50,871 nt of DNA from an uncultured Candidatus Saccharibacteria bacterium. Lineage in GTDB: Bacteria; Patescibacteriota; Minisyncoccia; Phycocordibacterales; UBA9973. Both the position numbers and the translations under genes were made by a program. Below, piece after piece: positions 10,271 to 19,444 of this stretch (position 1 is its first letter; each line of letters starts with the position of its first letter). The notes below the pieces were generated by a model. It was not told the origin of the DNA, searched no databases, and saw only the letters and a list, made by a program, of their open reading frames with translations. The DNA lies in contig CAYOYW010000001.1 of assembly GCA_964408305.1 (NCBI GenBank), positions 11,410-62,280 of the forward strand, in the 5' to 3' direction.

Positions 10271-11143
10271 ATGAGAAAAAAAATCACCACAATTTTCTTC
10301 ATTATCCTATTCATTGCACTCTTTGCTGTTGGTTTTTGGTATATTGCCAGAAATAAAGCAACAAAGAGTGGGCAGGTACCACCAACATTTAAAGAGTTTC
10401 TTGGTATCGGACCTTCACAAAAACCAGGAAGCTCCTCTCAGGGGGGAGAGCTCTCTTCTGATTTTACAGGTGGTGAGAGCGGAAATGAAGAAAGTACAGG
10501 ATCACAAGGCGGAACAGTGCCAACACCTACTATTGGAACAAGTGTCTTTACAAATATTGGTTACACACCAACAACCTTTCCTCCTGTTGACTACACCCCG
10601 GGTGGTGGTGGACAAACAGGTGGAGGATCTACTGGTGGCGGGGGGACTGTCGTCGTTGGTAGCGGAGGAGGTATTATCACACCCCCTCCTGCCGATCCAA
10701 ATCTCCCAGAGTGTGGGCCTGCAGATCTCAATATAAACTTCACGCAAGATGAAATAGATAGATTGAATGCTCTTAAGAGCCGCTTCATGAAAGTTGCCGA
10801 AACACTCAATACTGATGCAGATGTTGCGACTGAGCTTGCAAACTACGATACTTTTAAAATTAAAACTCAGAAACTCACCGAGTTAAACACCTATTGCATT
10901 AATAGTCCTGTGTATACAGGTGCACAAGCAACGGTGGTTGCTTCACAACCTTATGGAGCAGTTGTTCCTGGAGGAAATGGAGAAATCAATTATCGAGTAC
11001 CAACACCGTTTTGGCATGACAGCAACAAAGACAATCAGGCGCTCGTCCATCAAGGTTCAAACTTTCGAGGTATTTTCTCTGATCCTGACACCATTTTCCC
11101 AGAGAGGAGTATGGAGCACGCACTTCGCTTGAACTTGTGGTAA
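10271..11143 (+). CDS. membrane-anchored Gly-rich hypothetical protein
   Basis: N-terminal TM helix (ITTIFFIILFIALFAVGFWYIA), a G/S/T/P-rich linker (GGGGQTGGGSTGGGGTVVVGSGGG), and a C-terminal globular domain. Confidence 0.6.
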   Translation: MRKKITTIFFIILFIALFAVGFWYIARNKATKSGQVPPTFKEFLGIGPSQKPGSSSQGGELSSDFTGGESGNEESTGSQGGTVPTPTIGTSVFTNIGYTPTTFPPVDYTPGGGGQTGGGSTGGGGTVVVGSGGGIITPPPADPNLPECGPADLNINFTQDEIDRLNALKSRFMKVAETLNTDADVATELANYDTFKIKTQKLTELNTYCINSPVYTGAQATVVASQPYGAVVPGGNGEINYRVPTPFWHDSNKDNQALVHQGSNFRGIFSDPDTIFPERSMEHALRLNLW

Positions 11144-11175
11144 GAGTAAAGCATATAGTGATATACTAGCTATTA

Positions 11176-14100
11176 GTGAATCTAATTTCTTTTTTAAGAA
11201 AGAAGTATACAAAACCTTTTGTAGGAGCACTTTTTGCTTTCGTTTTTTTATTTTCTTTTTTCAGTACTACAGGAAAAGCAGAGGCGCAGCTCTACGACAG
11301 TTATAAAAATCTATTTAAAGGGAACGATCCTGCTCCTTCGCTCAATTTTGTTTCTCTTGTTAAAAAGGATCCTACTGATGCCACAAAGCTTGTTTTTGAT
11401 TTCAAATTCAATCTTCAAGCGAGTTTTGACCTAAACGTTGGCGGAAGTGCTCCAAAAGATTGGCACTGGAACCATATTAGAGATTTTGATAATCCAAATG
11501 TGTTTATTCTTCGAGTCTGTAATGCGGATGCAACAGGGGAAGGCGCTTGTCTATTTTCTGTTATTCCATATGCAAGTAAAGCATCAACAGACCAAGACCT
11601 GAAAAACTTAGTCTGTAAGAACGGTACCTGTACACTACCGACAGAGGGAGGTGTTTGGCCAAAGATCTATCACTACAAGGCAAAAGCATCGGGTCCTAAC
11701 TTAATATATGTTGACGAACAGTTTCATAGATTCAATGTCACTTTTGATGTAAAAGATTTAGCATTTCTAAAAGACGGAAAGTTAGACACTCCAGAGACTT
11801 TAGCTAGCCTCTTCAAGATTGGTTCGAAAGATACCTGGAAAGCTGATGCTTGGTATTGTTCAGGAATAGTAAGTGGAGAGCCGCTTCCAACAGAAGATGG
11901 ATCAGATCCGGATATTCGACAGTTTAAAAAGATCTGCGGTGATGGGCACCCTTATTTTAAAATCGCAACTTCTGGTACTTTCAAAATGCCTCAAACCGTT
12001 GATGAAGGGTTGGGTCAAACACCTGCTACAGATCCAAATATTGGAACAGCCATGGAAACGGATACACTTCCTGTCTGTGGTGTTACTTATTTCAGTGATG
12101 GGTCTTTGATGGGTTGTGTCGCCCGAGTCGTGTATTACGTTTTCTATTGGCCGATTGCCTGGGTTGCTGGAATACTTGGAAAGGTATTTGATTTCTTCCT
12201 GGGATATTCCTTGAGTGACGAGTCATATCGAGCAGCTATTATTGTGACCGGGTGGAAACTTGTCCGAGATATATCAAACATCTTCTTTATCATCATCCTT
12301 ATTTGGACCGGGCTTGCAACTGTGTTCAACATAAGCAGTATATCGATGAAAAAGATTGTCCCTGCAGTTATCATCAATGCGCTGCTTATCAATTTCAGTC
12401 TATTTGGAACGCAAGTGGTGATCGATATTTCAAATATTACCGCTAGACTTTTCTACAACACTATGGCTGTTTGTGACGGAGAGTGTCGATATATTGAAAC
12501 CTCAAAAGGAAAGATTATAGAGAACCCTAGTACTGATACTGTCGGTGGGTACAAATCACTTTCCTCAAAAATAGTTTCATCGTTCAACCCACAACGTGTA
12601 TTCTCGACAACTTCACTTGATGATGGAGCTGCGCTGAAAAAAGAAAAACCTGCAGAAGGTAGCCAGAGTGCAACAGTAGGAGGACTTAACTCTCAAGCAG
12701 CTGATGAGAACCTTTCAAATGCATCTACAAAATCTCGTTACTCTAGCGACTATGCCGGCTACTTTATCGTTATCACATTGATTGCAGCGTTCATCATGTT
12801 CGCCATTGCAAAGATGTTCTTCGGGGTCATGTTTATGTTCGTAGGGCGAGTAGTAGGACTCTACCTTACAATGATCTTTTCTCCATTTGCAGTCCTCACT
12901 CGAGGGAATATGCCAATTGTCGGCGGCATCAAGGATCTTGCATGGGAAAACTGGAAGAAGGAGCTCTTTGAATACGCACTCCTTGCTCCGATATTTGTAT
13001 TCTTCCTTTACATCATTTATGCATTTATAAACTCCGACATGACAAAGGTGTTTCTCTCAAGCAACAACAGCGCAGGCTTCATGGAAACAGTACTCACAAT
13101 TGCAATACCGATGATTATTATTTATACGCTTATCGGGTACGGTGTTGGTCTTGCAAAGAAATACGCCGGAAAAGCAGGTGAAATGCTCCAAAGTCTTGGA
13201 TCTAAAGCGGTTGGTATGGCAACCGGTGCTGCTGTTGGTGTTGCAACAGGCGGAGCAGCTCTAGCTGGAAGAGGAGCGACAAGCCTCCTTAACAAAGGGG
13301 TTGGTACATGGGCAGCAGCAAACAAAGATAGCAACGTTTTGGCTGGCGGTGTTAACAAATTCCTCCAATGGGGACAAAAATCGAGTTTTGATATTAGAAA
13401 CACCAAGCTTGGCGAAGGGTTTAATAAAGGCGTTGCAGGACTTGGTATCAAGCAAGAAGATAAAGTCTCTTCCTTTGTGGGGCTCGGACAGAAAGACTAT
13501 CTAGGTGGAAATGTGAAGATTAGAAAGGATCGAGAAAAAGAAAAGGAGGAGCGAGCAACAAAGAAAAATGACATGAGTCATTTGACTGACAAACAAGCAC
13601 AGGATGTGTGGGATCGTCGAACAAAGAAACAAACTGAAAAAGAAGCAGACGAGGTATGGGCAAAGGGAGAGCTTGATAAGCGAAAGAATGCAGACCCTAC
13701 TTTCAAAGCTCTTGAAAAAGTTGCAGAGCGACTGGAGGCAGATCTCAAGACAGCAGTTGAATCGAAGAATACGACAAACGAAAAAATCATTCGAGAGCAG
13801 TTGGCAACAAATAAGAAGGAGCGAGATCAGATCGTCGCAATGACGATGACACCAAGTATTGAGGCTGCTATCAAAGACAAGTCACACCAAGAGACAAAAG
13901 AGTACAAAGACGCACTCAAGAGCGCACAAGATGATTCAAAGAAAAAATATGGCGAAGTTAAAAGTGCAGAAGATCTTTCGAAAGCAATGCGATACGAATA
14001 CGCTCAGAGAATGCTACAAGACTCGCTCACTCTCTCAGAAAAGGAGAAGCGAAAGGGTCTCTCACAGACGGGCGGCATCGTGGCAACAGCTCTATCACAA

Positions 14101-14661
14101 CTTATACCTGGAGTTGGACTTTCAGCAGCAGTTGTCGGCGGACTCGTTGGTAACTACATAGACTCACAGCAAGAGGCAGACAAGCGAGTGTTTGAAAAGA
14201 TTGTTAAAGACTTTGAAAAGAGTAAGAATAAGGATACGAAGCTTGGTAGATTAAAGACAAAACTTAAAGAAGTTGATGATCTGATAGACGGCCATATTCG
14301 AACTGTCCTTGGAAGAGCTGTTGATGCAAGTCTTAGTGATTTAACGGATGACCAAAAGACAGAACACTTCAATAAAGCACGGTCAGACGCCCAAACAGCA
14401 GCAGATATAGCGGAAGACGAATACAAAGAAGCAAGAGAGAAATACAAGAGAACAAAACTACAAAGCGATCTGGACGAGATGAATAGAAGAAGCACTGAAC
14501 GACAGAGAACAAAGGATGAACTAAACGATCTAAACAATGCTCAGAAGAACAAGGATTCTATCAAAGACAACATTGAGGAGGAAGAAAGAAAAGCAAAAGA
14601 ACAAGACGACAAAAAAGATAAAAAGAAGGACGATGGTAAGAAGTCAGGTGAAGAAAAATAA
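11176..14661 (+). CDS. VirB6/TrbL-like polytopic membrane protein with an extracytoplasmic N-domain and a long K/E-rich tail (1161 aa)
   Basis: GTG start with TATACT 8 nt upstream. Signal-like N-terminus ending KAEAQ. At least 6 hydrophobic helices lie between ~12100 and ~13270 (VVYYVFYWPIAWVAGILG, IFFIIILIWTGLATVF, IVPAVIINALLINFSLFG, YFIVITLIAAFIMFAIAKMFFGVMFMFVG, LLAPIFVFFLYIIYAFI, LTIAIPMIIIYTLIGYGV). From ~13480 onward it is a charged coiled-coil-like tail. The family assignment rests on topology and context only. Confidence 0.65.
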   Translation: MNLISFLRKKYTKPFVGALFAFVFLFSFFSTTGKAEAQLYDSYKNLFKGNDPAPSLNFVSLVKKDPTDATKLVFDFKFNLQASFDLNVGGSAPKDWHWNHIRDFDNPNVFILRVCNADATGEGACLFSVIPYASKASTDQDLKNLVCKNGTCTLPTEGGVWPKIYHYKAKASGPNLIYVDEQFHRFNVTFDVKDLAFLKDGKLDTPETLASLFKIGSKDTWKADAWYCSGIVSGEPLPTEDGSDPDIRQFKKICGDGHPYFKIATSGTFKMPQTVDEGLGQTPATDPNIGTAMETDTLPVCGVTYFSDGSLMGCVARVVYYVFYWPIAWVAGILGKVFDFFLGYSLSDESYRAAIIVTGWKLVRDISNIFFIIILIWTGLATVFNISSISMKKIVPAVIINALLINFSLFGTQVVIDISNITARLFYNTMAVCDGECRYIETSKGKIIENPSTDTVGGYKSLSSKIVSSFNPQRVFSTTSLDDGAALKKEKPAEGSQSATVGGLNSQAADENLSNASTKSRYSSDYAGYFIVITLIAAFIMFAIAKMFFGVMFMFVGRVVGLYLTMIFSPFAVLTRGNMPIVGGIKDLAWENWKKELFEYALLAPIFVFFLYIIYAFINSDMTKVFLSSNNSAGFMETVLTIAIPMIIIYTLIGYGVGLAKKYAGKAGEMLQSLGSKAVGMATGAAVGVATGGAALAGRGATSLLNKGVGTWAAANKDSNVLAGGVNKFLQWGQKSSFDIRNTKLGEGFNKGVAGLGIKQEDKVSSFVGLGQKDYLGGNVKIRKDREKEKEERATKKNDMSHLTDKQAQDVWDRRTKKQTEKEADEVWAKGELDKRKNADPTFKALEKVAERLEADLKTAVESKNTTNEKIIREQLATNKKERDQIVAMTMTPSIEAAIKDKSHQETKEYKDALKSAQDDSKKKYGEVKSAEDLSKAMRYEYAQRMLQDSLTLSEKEKRKGLSQTGGIVATALSQLIPGVGLSAAVVGGLVGNYIDSQQEADKRVFEKIVKDFEKSKNKDTKLGRLKTKLKEVDDLIDGHIRTVLGRAVDASLSDLTDDQKTEHFNKARSDAQTAADIAEDEYKEAREKYKRTKLQSDLDEMNRRSTERQRTKDELNDLNNAQKNKDSIKDNIEEEERKAKEQDDKKDKKKDDGKKSGEEK

Positions 14662-14663
14662 CT

Positions 14664-15236
14664 ATGGAAAACGATAATCTTAAAACAACTCAAAACGTAA
14701 ATGTATCGGATGACTTCGTAGATGAATATAGCGAGGCACTTAGTGCCGTTCCAGAAGAAGTCCGTCGCTTCATGTGGAGTGATGCTTTTAAGATCATCAT
14801 CAAGGCAATTGCTAAGACATATAATCTCTCCGAAGAACAAAGCAAAGTAGTCGAGCAGATCGCAGTGGAAACACTCCTAGAAATCATTACTCCGATTGCT
14901 CGTCAAGCGAGACTTTCGAGTGCAAATATCACTGGGGATTTGCAGGATGCTGTTTTACAAGCGATAAATGAAGAAATTGTCTCACGGGCACTCACACAAA
15001 TAGAGATACAGAATGACCTTGATACAGAAGAGGCTACAGCAGAAGAAACAACCTCTCAGGCAGTAATATCTGCCCCTTCGCCACTTGAAGCACTGGCAAG
15101 CATTCAGGAAAAGCTTGCAAAGCCTGCAGCAATTGCCCCAATAAAACGAGACTATTCTCTGGAAAAACCAGCCGCTAATAGCACACCAGCACAAAAACCC
15201 ACATTTGATATCTACAGAGAAGTTCCAGAGAAATAA
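14664..15236 (+). CDS. acidic cytoplasmic hypothetical protein
   Basis: 190 aa with no signal peptide or TM helix, D/E-rich. Begins 2 nt after the VirB6-like gene. Confidence 0.55.
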   Translation: MENDNLKTTQNVNVSDDFVDEYSEALSAVPEEVRRFMWSDAFKIIIKAIAKTYNLSEEQSKVVEQIAVETLLEIITPIARQARLSSANITGDLQDAVLQAINEEIVSRALTQIEIQNDLDTEEATAEETTSQAVISAPSPLEALASIQEKLAKPAAIAPIKRDYSLEKPAANSTPAQKPTFDIYREVPEK

Positions 15237-15255
15237 GTTCACCCGCCAAAATTTT

Positions 15256-15510
15256 ATGCATTATGTATATGTGCTAAAAAGTAAAAAAGATGCGAAAATA
15301 TACATAGGGTGCACAGGTGACCTCAAAAGGAGGTTCGAAAAACATAATGCGGGGCAAGTTGCTTCAACAAAAAATAGAAGACCTCTTCAAATTATATTTT
15401 ATGAAGCATTTCTTAATAAATCTGATGCATTTCAAAGAGAACAGTGGTTAAAAACAGGATGGGGTCGAAATCATCTTATGAAAATTCTTAGTAATTATTT
15501 TAAAATTTAG
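15256..15510 (+). CDS. stand-alone GIY-YIG nuclease-domain protein (UPF0213/YhbQ-like, 84 aa)
   Basis: Track ORF 15205..15510 trimmed to MHYVYVLKSKKDAKIYIGCTGDLKRRFEKHN...REQWLK. It carries the GIY (YVY) and YIG motifs plus the conserved R, E and N positions. Confidence 0.8.
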   Translation: MHYVYVLKSKKDAKIYIGCTGDLKRRFEKHNAGQVASTKNRRPLQIIFYEAFLNKSDAFQREQWLKTGWGRNHLMKILSNYFKI

Positions 15511-15518
15511 GCGGGTAA

Positions 15519-15920
15519 ATGCAATTTAAAGTACCACAATTTATTGACATGGAAGATAAGGTTTTTGGAAATCTTTCTTTCAAGCAGTTCGCCTATCTTG
15601 CAGGTGGAGGAGGACTTGCATATCTTTCGCTTCGCCTTACGCCAGCATTTATTGCAATATTACTCGTTCCAGCCTTTGTTGGCCTTGCACTCGCGCTTGC
15701 GTTTGTAAAAGTAAATGAGAAACCTTTTTCACATGCACTTGAGTCTTTTGTACGCTTTTATATGCGTTCACGACTCTACCTCTGGAAAAAACAAGAGCAA
15801 AAACTAAAGAAGCAAGAGGAGTTACCAGCAAATCAAAAGTCAATCCATGCTACACTCTCTGAGAGTAAACTAAAGACGCTTTCATGGAGTCTTGATGTTA
15901 TCGATTCTCAAAAGAAATAA
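15519..15920 (+). CDS. PrgI/VirB3-like two-TM T4SS protein
   Basis: MQFKVPQFIDMEDKVFGNLSFKQFAYLAGGG matches the PrgI-family N-terminal pattern (KVP..I..E.K..G..t.rQ). Two hydrophobic helices follow. It lies just upstream of the VirB4-like ATPase. Confidence 0.7.
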   Translation: MQFKVPQFIDMEDKVFGNLSFKQFAYLAGGGGLAYLSLRLTPAFIAILLVPAFVGLALALAFVKVNEKPFSHALESFVRFYMRSRLYLWKKQEQKLKKQEELPANQKSIHATLSESKLKTLSWSLDVIDSQKK

Positions 15921-15923
15921 TCT

Positions 15924-16556
15924 ATGGCAATAAAAAGTAGTCCAACACAAGAATTTGTTCCTGTAAAAGAGATACGGGACGGTGTTATTGTCCTTAAGGA
16001 CGACACGCTCGCTTCTATTGTGCTTGTCTCTTCTATAAACCTCTCCCTTAAATCTTATGACGAACAACGAGCAGTCATTGGCCAGTTTCAAAACTTCCTT
16101 AATACACTCGACTTCCCAATGCAAATAGTGATCCAGTCACGAAGGTACGATGTACGGCCTTATATTCTCACACTTGAAAATCGCCTCAAACAACAAACCG
16201 AGCCGCTGTTGCGGGTTCAAACACAGGAGTATATTGAATTCATTCAAACCTTCACTGAACAAGTGAACATTATGAGGAAAAATTTCTTTGTCGTCGTACC
16301 ATACAACCCCTCAATTATTAGTCAGACAAGTGGGCTTGGAAAAATCTTTTCTTTCTTTGGAAAAAAACAAACAGCAGCAGATCTTACCGCAAGTTTTGAA
16401 GAACAACGAACACAATTAGAGCAGCGGATGAGTGTTGTTGAGCAGGGGCTTTCTCGACTCGGGCTTCGGGTTGCACAACTTGGCACACAAGAGGTGATTG
16501 AACTACTCTATAAAACATTCAATCCCGGAGAAACAACGGTCCATGCAGAGGGGTAA
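15924..16556 (+). CDS. hypothetical protein, possibly a free-standing VirB4 N-domain-like paralogue
   Basis: 210 aa, soluble. Its opening (VPVKEIRDGVIVLKDDTLASIVLVSSINLSLKSYDEQRAVIGQFQNFLNTLDFPMQIVIQSRR) has the same pattern as the N-terminal region of the adjacent ATPase (IEITSKSMRIGDKIVRTFFVISYPRYL...FDIAIFINPIE). The similarity was judged by eye only. Confidence 0.5.
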   Translation: MAIKSSPTQEFVPVKEIRDGVIVLKDDTLASIVLVSSINLSLKSYDEQRAVIGQFQNFLNTLDFPMQIVIQSRRYDVRPYILTLENRLKQQTEPLLRVQTQEYIEFIQTFTEQVNIMRKNFFVVVPYNPSIISQTSGLGKIFSFFGKKQTAADLTASFEEQRTQLEQRMSVVEQGLSRLGLRVAQLGTQEVIELLYKTFNPGETTVHAEG

Positions 16557-16597
16557 AGAAGCTTTTTTCTTTCTTTGTATAGTATACTCATAGTATT

Positions 16598-18424
16598 ATG
16601 GCGCTTTTTGGGTCAAGCCAAAAAAACAAACAAGCAACTGGGGCAAAAAGTCTTCCTGTGTTACCTGAAGAGGCATATTCATGGGCAACGAGTGAGCTTG
16701 CTGACAATATCGCTCCCTCTGCTATAGAGATCACCTCAAAGTCAATGCGCATAGGGGACAAGATTGTCAGAACATTTTTTGTTATCTCTTACCCGCGATA
16801 CCTCAATGACAATTGGCTGACACCAATCATCAACCTCGATAAGGTCTTTGATATAGCTATTTTTATTAATCCAATAGAAACCGCAGAACTTCTCAAAAAG
16901 TTCCAAAAGAAAATTGCGGAGGTAGAAAGCCAAATCATGGTACGACAACAAAAAGGTCTTGTGCGAGATCCTATGCTTGATACTGCATACCAAGACCTCG
17001 AAGAGCTTCGAGACAGTCTCACGCAAGCACAAGAAAAAATGTTCACTGTTGGTTTTTACATTAGTGTTTATGCGGATAATGAAAAAGATCTCTTCCGAAC
17101 AGAAAGTGAAATTCGCTCGATGCTTGAATCAAAACTCATTTATATAAAGCCAACACTTTTTCAAGAAGAGGATGGTTTTAGAACAATCACACCACTTGGA
17201 ATTGATCGTTTGAATGTTACTCAAAAACTCAACTCAGAGCCTATTTCAAGCATGTTTCCTTTTGTGTCCTTTGATTTAACCTCAGACGAAGGAATTCTTT
17301 ATGGGGTAAATAGACACAATTCGAGCCTTGTTATTTTTGATCGTTTTTCTCTTGAAAATTACAACTCTATTATTTTTGCAAAGTCTGGTGCAGGAAAATC
17401 TTTTGCAACAAAACTTGAAATCATTAGAACACTCATGTTCGATACTGATGTTATTGTGATTGACCCTGAACGAGAGTATGAATATCTTGCTGAGTCTATT
17501 GGTGGTCGGTACTTCAATATTTCACTCTCTTCTGATAACCATATTAATCCTTTTGACTTACCAATCCCTCGAGAAGACGAAGCTCCTGCTGATGTTCTTC
17601 GAAGCAATATTATTAACCTTGTAGGACTCTTTCGTATTATGCTTGGAGGGCTCACTCCAGAAGAGGACTCTATTATCGATAGGGCGATCACAGAAACTTA
17701 CGCACTCAAGGATATTGATGCAAACTCTGATTTTGCAAGTATTGAGCCGCCACTGCTCTCTGATTTTGAAATGGTGCTCTCTGGGATGGAAGGGAGCGAA
17801 TCTATTCTCCAAAGACTCACAAAGTACACAAAAGGTTCTTGGGCAAGCTTTATTAATCAACCAACAAATGTAGATATTAATAAAAAGTTTGTGGTGTTCT
17901 CAGTACGAGACATGGAGGATGATCTCAAGCCCGCGGCCATGTATATCGTGACACACTTTATCTGGAATGCGGTTCGAAAAGAACTCAAAAAGAGGCTCTT
18001 AGTGGTGGATGAGGCGTGGTGGATGATGAAAAGCGATGATACTGCATCCTTCCTTTACTCAATTGCAAAACGAGGGAGAAAGTATTACCTTGGACTCTGT
18101 ACAATCACACAGGATGTGGGGGATTTTATGAAAAGCCCATACGGAGTGCCTATTGTCACAAACTCTTCTATTCAGCTCCTCCTCAAACAGTCCCCGAGTA
18201 CTATGGAAGTGCTCCAAAAAACATTTAACCTCACCGATGAAGAAAAGTACCTTCTCCTCGAATCTGGTGTTGGAGAGGGGATCTTCTTTGCGGGACTGAA
18301 ACATGTTGCTATTAAAATTATAGCTTCCTATACAGAGGAGCAAATTGTCACTTCGGACCCATCGCAAATCCTCGCTATAAAGCGAGCAAAACAAGAGTTT
18401 AGGGAACAACAAGGTCAGCTCTAA
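16598..18424 (+). CDS. virB4: VirB4/TrbE/PrgJ-class T4SS ATPase
   Basis: Walker A IIFAKSGAGKSFAT (~17380-17405) and Walker B KRLLVVDEAWWMM, then RKYYLGLCTITQD. 608 aa. TATACT lies 9 nt upstream of the ATG. Confidence 0.85.
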   Translation: MALFGSSQKNKQATGAKSLPVLPEEAYSWATSELADNIAPSAIEITSKSMRIGDKIVRTFFVISYPRYLNDNWLTPIINLDKVFDIAIFINPIETAELLKKFQKKIAEVESQIMVRQQKGLVRDPMLDTAYQDLEELRDSLTQAQEKMFTVGFYISVYADNEKDLFRTESEIRSMLESKLIYIKPTLFQEEDGFRTITPLGIDRLNVTQKLNSEPISSMFPFVSFDLTSDEGILYGVNRHNSSLVIFDRFSLENYNSIIFAKSGAGKSFATKLEIIRTLMFDTDVIVIDPEREYEYLAESIGGRYFNISLSSDNHINPFDLPIPREDEAPADVLRSNIINLVGLFRIMLGGLTPEEDSIIDRAITETYALKDIDANSDFASIEPPLLSDFEMVLSGMEGSESILQRLTKYTKGSWASFINQPTNVDINKKFVVFSVRDMEDDLKPAAMYIVTHFIWNAVRKELKKRLLVVDEAWWMMKSDDTASFLYSIAKRGRKYYLGLCTITQDVGDFMKSPYGVPIVTNSSIQLLLKQSPSTMEVLQKTFNLTDEEKYLLLESGVGEGIFFAGLKHVAIKIIASYTEEQIVTSDPSQILAIKRAKQEFREQQGQL

Positions 18425-18448
18425 GAGTTTTGATGGTATACTTTTCTT

Positions 18449-19411
18449 ATGTACAAGAAACTCTGTATCGGAATTTCACTTATATTTTTCTTCATCACTC
18501 CTAGTTTTGCGCAGTTTGAAAACGCGAGCCTTGCGCCCGATATCTCCATTGTTGCTATACCAGAGAACCCAAAACCGGGGGAGACTGTAACGCTTGAAGC
18601 AATAAGCTACGGTGCTGATTTAAATCAGGCAAGTCTCATATGGAAATATAATGATAAAACCATTGCTTCGGGTATCGGTCGAACCAAAATAACACTCACT
18701 GCTCCTCGTACGAACTCTTCAGGATTTATTTCTCTTTCTGTTGGTGGTGCAGGTTTCCAGCAGACACAAATTGGATATACGCTTCGTTCTGCAAGTGTTG
18801 ACCTCCTCTGGGAAGCAATAGACTCATATACCCCTCCCTTCTACAAAGGAAAAGCGCTTCTTTCAAAAAATGCATTGGTACGGGTAACTGCTATCCAGAC
18901 AAGAAGTGCACCAAAGAACCTTTCTTTTGAGTGGTCACGAAACGACAGCGCTGTTCCAGCGTACTCTGGATATAACAAAAACGCATTGATTTTCAAGAAT
19001 GAAACACTAAAAAACGAGGAGCGGATTTCAGTAACAGCAAGTGGTGGACTCTTTAGTGGCAGTAAAAATCTTTCTTTGCTACCAGGAAAACCAACAATAC
19101 TCATGTATCAAAAAAAAGAGGGGTTTATTAACTATGCGAGAGGATATACGGATGATTTTGAAACAACTGATCCTGGTATTACACTTCGATTTGAGCCATA
19201 TTTCTTTTCGATACCAAGAGGGAGTATCTCAAAAGATCTCAGTTTCGACATAGAAAACAACAGTACTCCACTGTATGGGGAAAAAGAACAGAACGAAATT
19301 AGTCTCTCGAACCCAGGAAGCAGACAAAAGAGTGTGCTTCGTGTCTCGGTAAGTACAATCCTGTACTCACTGCAGAATGCTGCTCGATCTTTTTCGGTAT
19401 CTTTCAACTAA
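18449..19411 (+). CDS. secreted beta-rich hypothetical protein
   Basis: Signal peptide MYKKLCIGISLIFFFITPSFAQ and Ig-like repeated strands (PKPGETVTLEAISYG...). TATACT lies 6 nt upstream of the ATG. Confidence 0.6.
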   Translation: MYKKLCIGISLIFFFITPSFAQFENASLAPDISIVAIPENPKPGETVTLEAISYGADLNQASLIWKYNDKTIASGIGRTKITLTAPRTNSSGFISLSVGGAGFQQTQIGYTLRSASVDLLWEAIDSYTPPFYKGKALLSKNALVRVTAIQTRSAPKNLSFEWSRNDSAVPAYSGYNKNALIFKNETLKNEERISVTASGGLFSGSKNLSLLPGKPTILMYQKKEGFINYARGYTDDFETTDPGITLRFEPYFFSIPRGSISKDLSFDIENNSTPLYGEKEQNEISLSNPGSRQKSVLRVSVSTILYSLQNAARSFSVSFN

Positions 19412-19444
19412 GTGCATGTAGTATACTGAGAGCATCCTCTCACT

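Noticed and set aside
10314-10809. Alternative-frame and antisense ORFs inside the Gly-rich gene (10314..10736, 10502..10747, 10591..10809)
   Set aside because: They lie in a GGN/CCN low-complexity stretch that is open in several frames. The products are Pro/Gly strings with no start context.
13122-14537. Antisense or overlapping ORFs within the VirB6-like gene (13122..13451, 13261..13455, 13578..13790, 13604..13843, 13859..14161, 14154..14537)
   Set aside because: These are artefacts of the Gly/Ala-rich and AAG/GAA-rich repetitive coding sequence. The long + frame, with its coherent TM and charged domains, explains the region.
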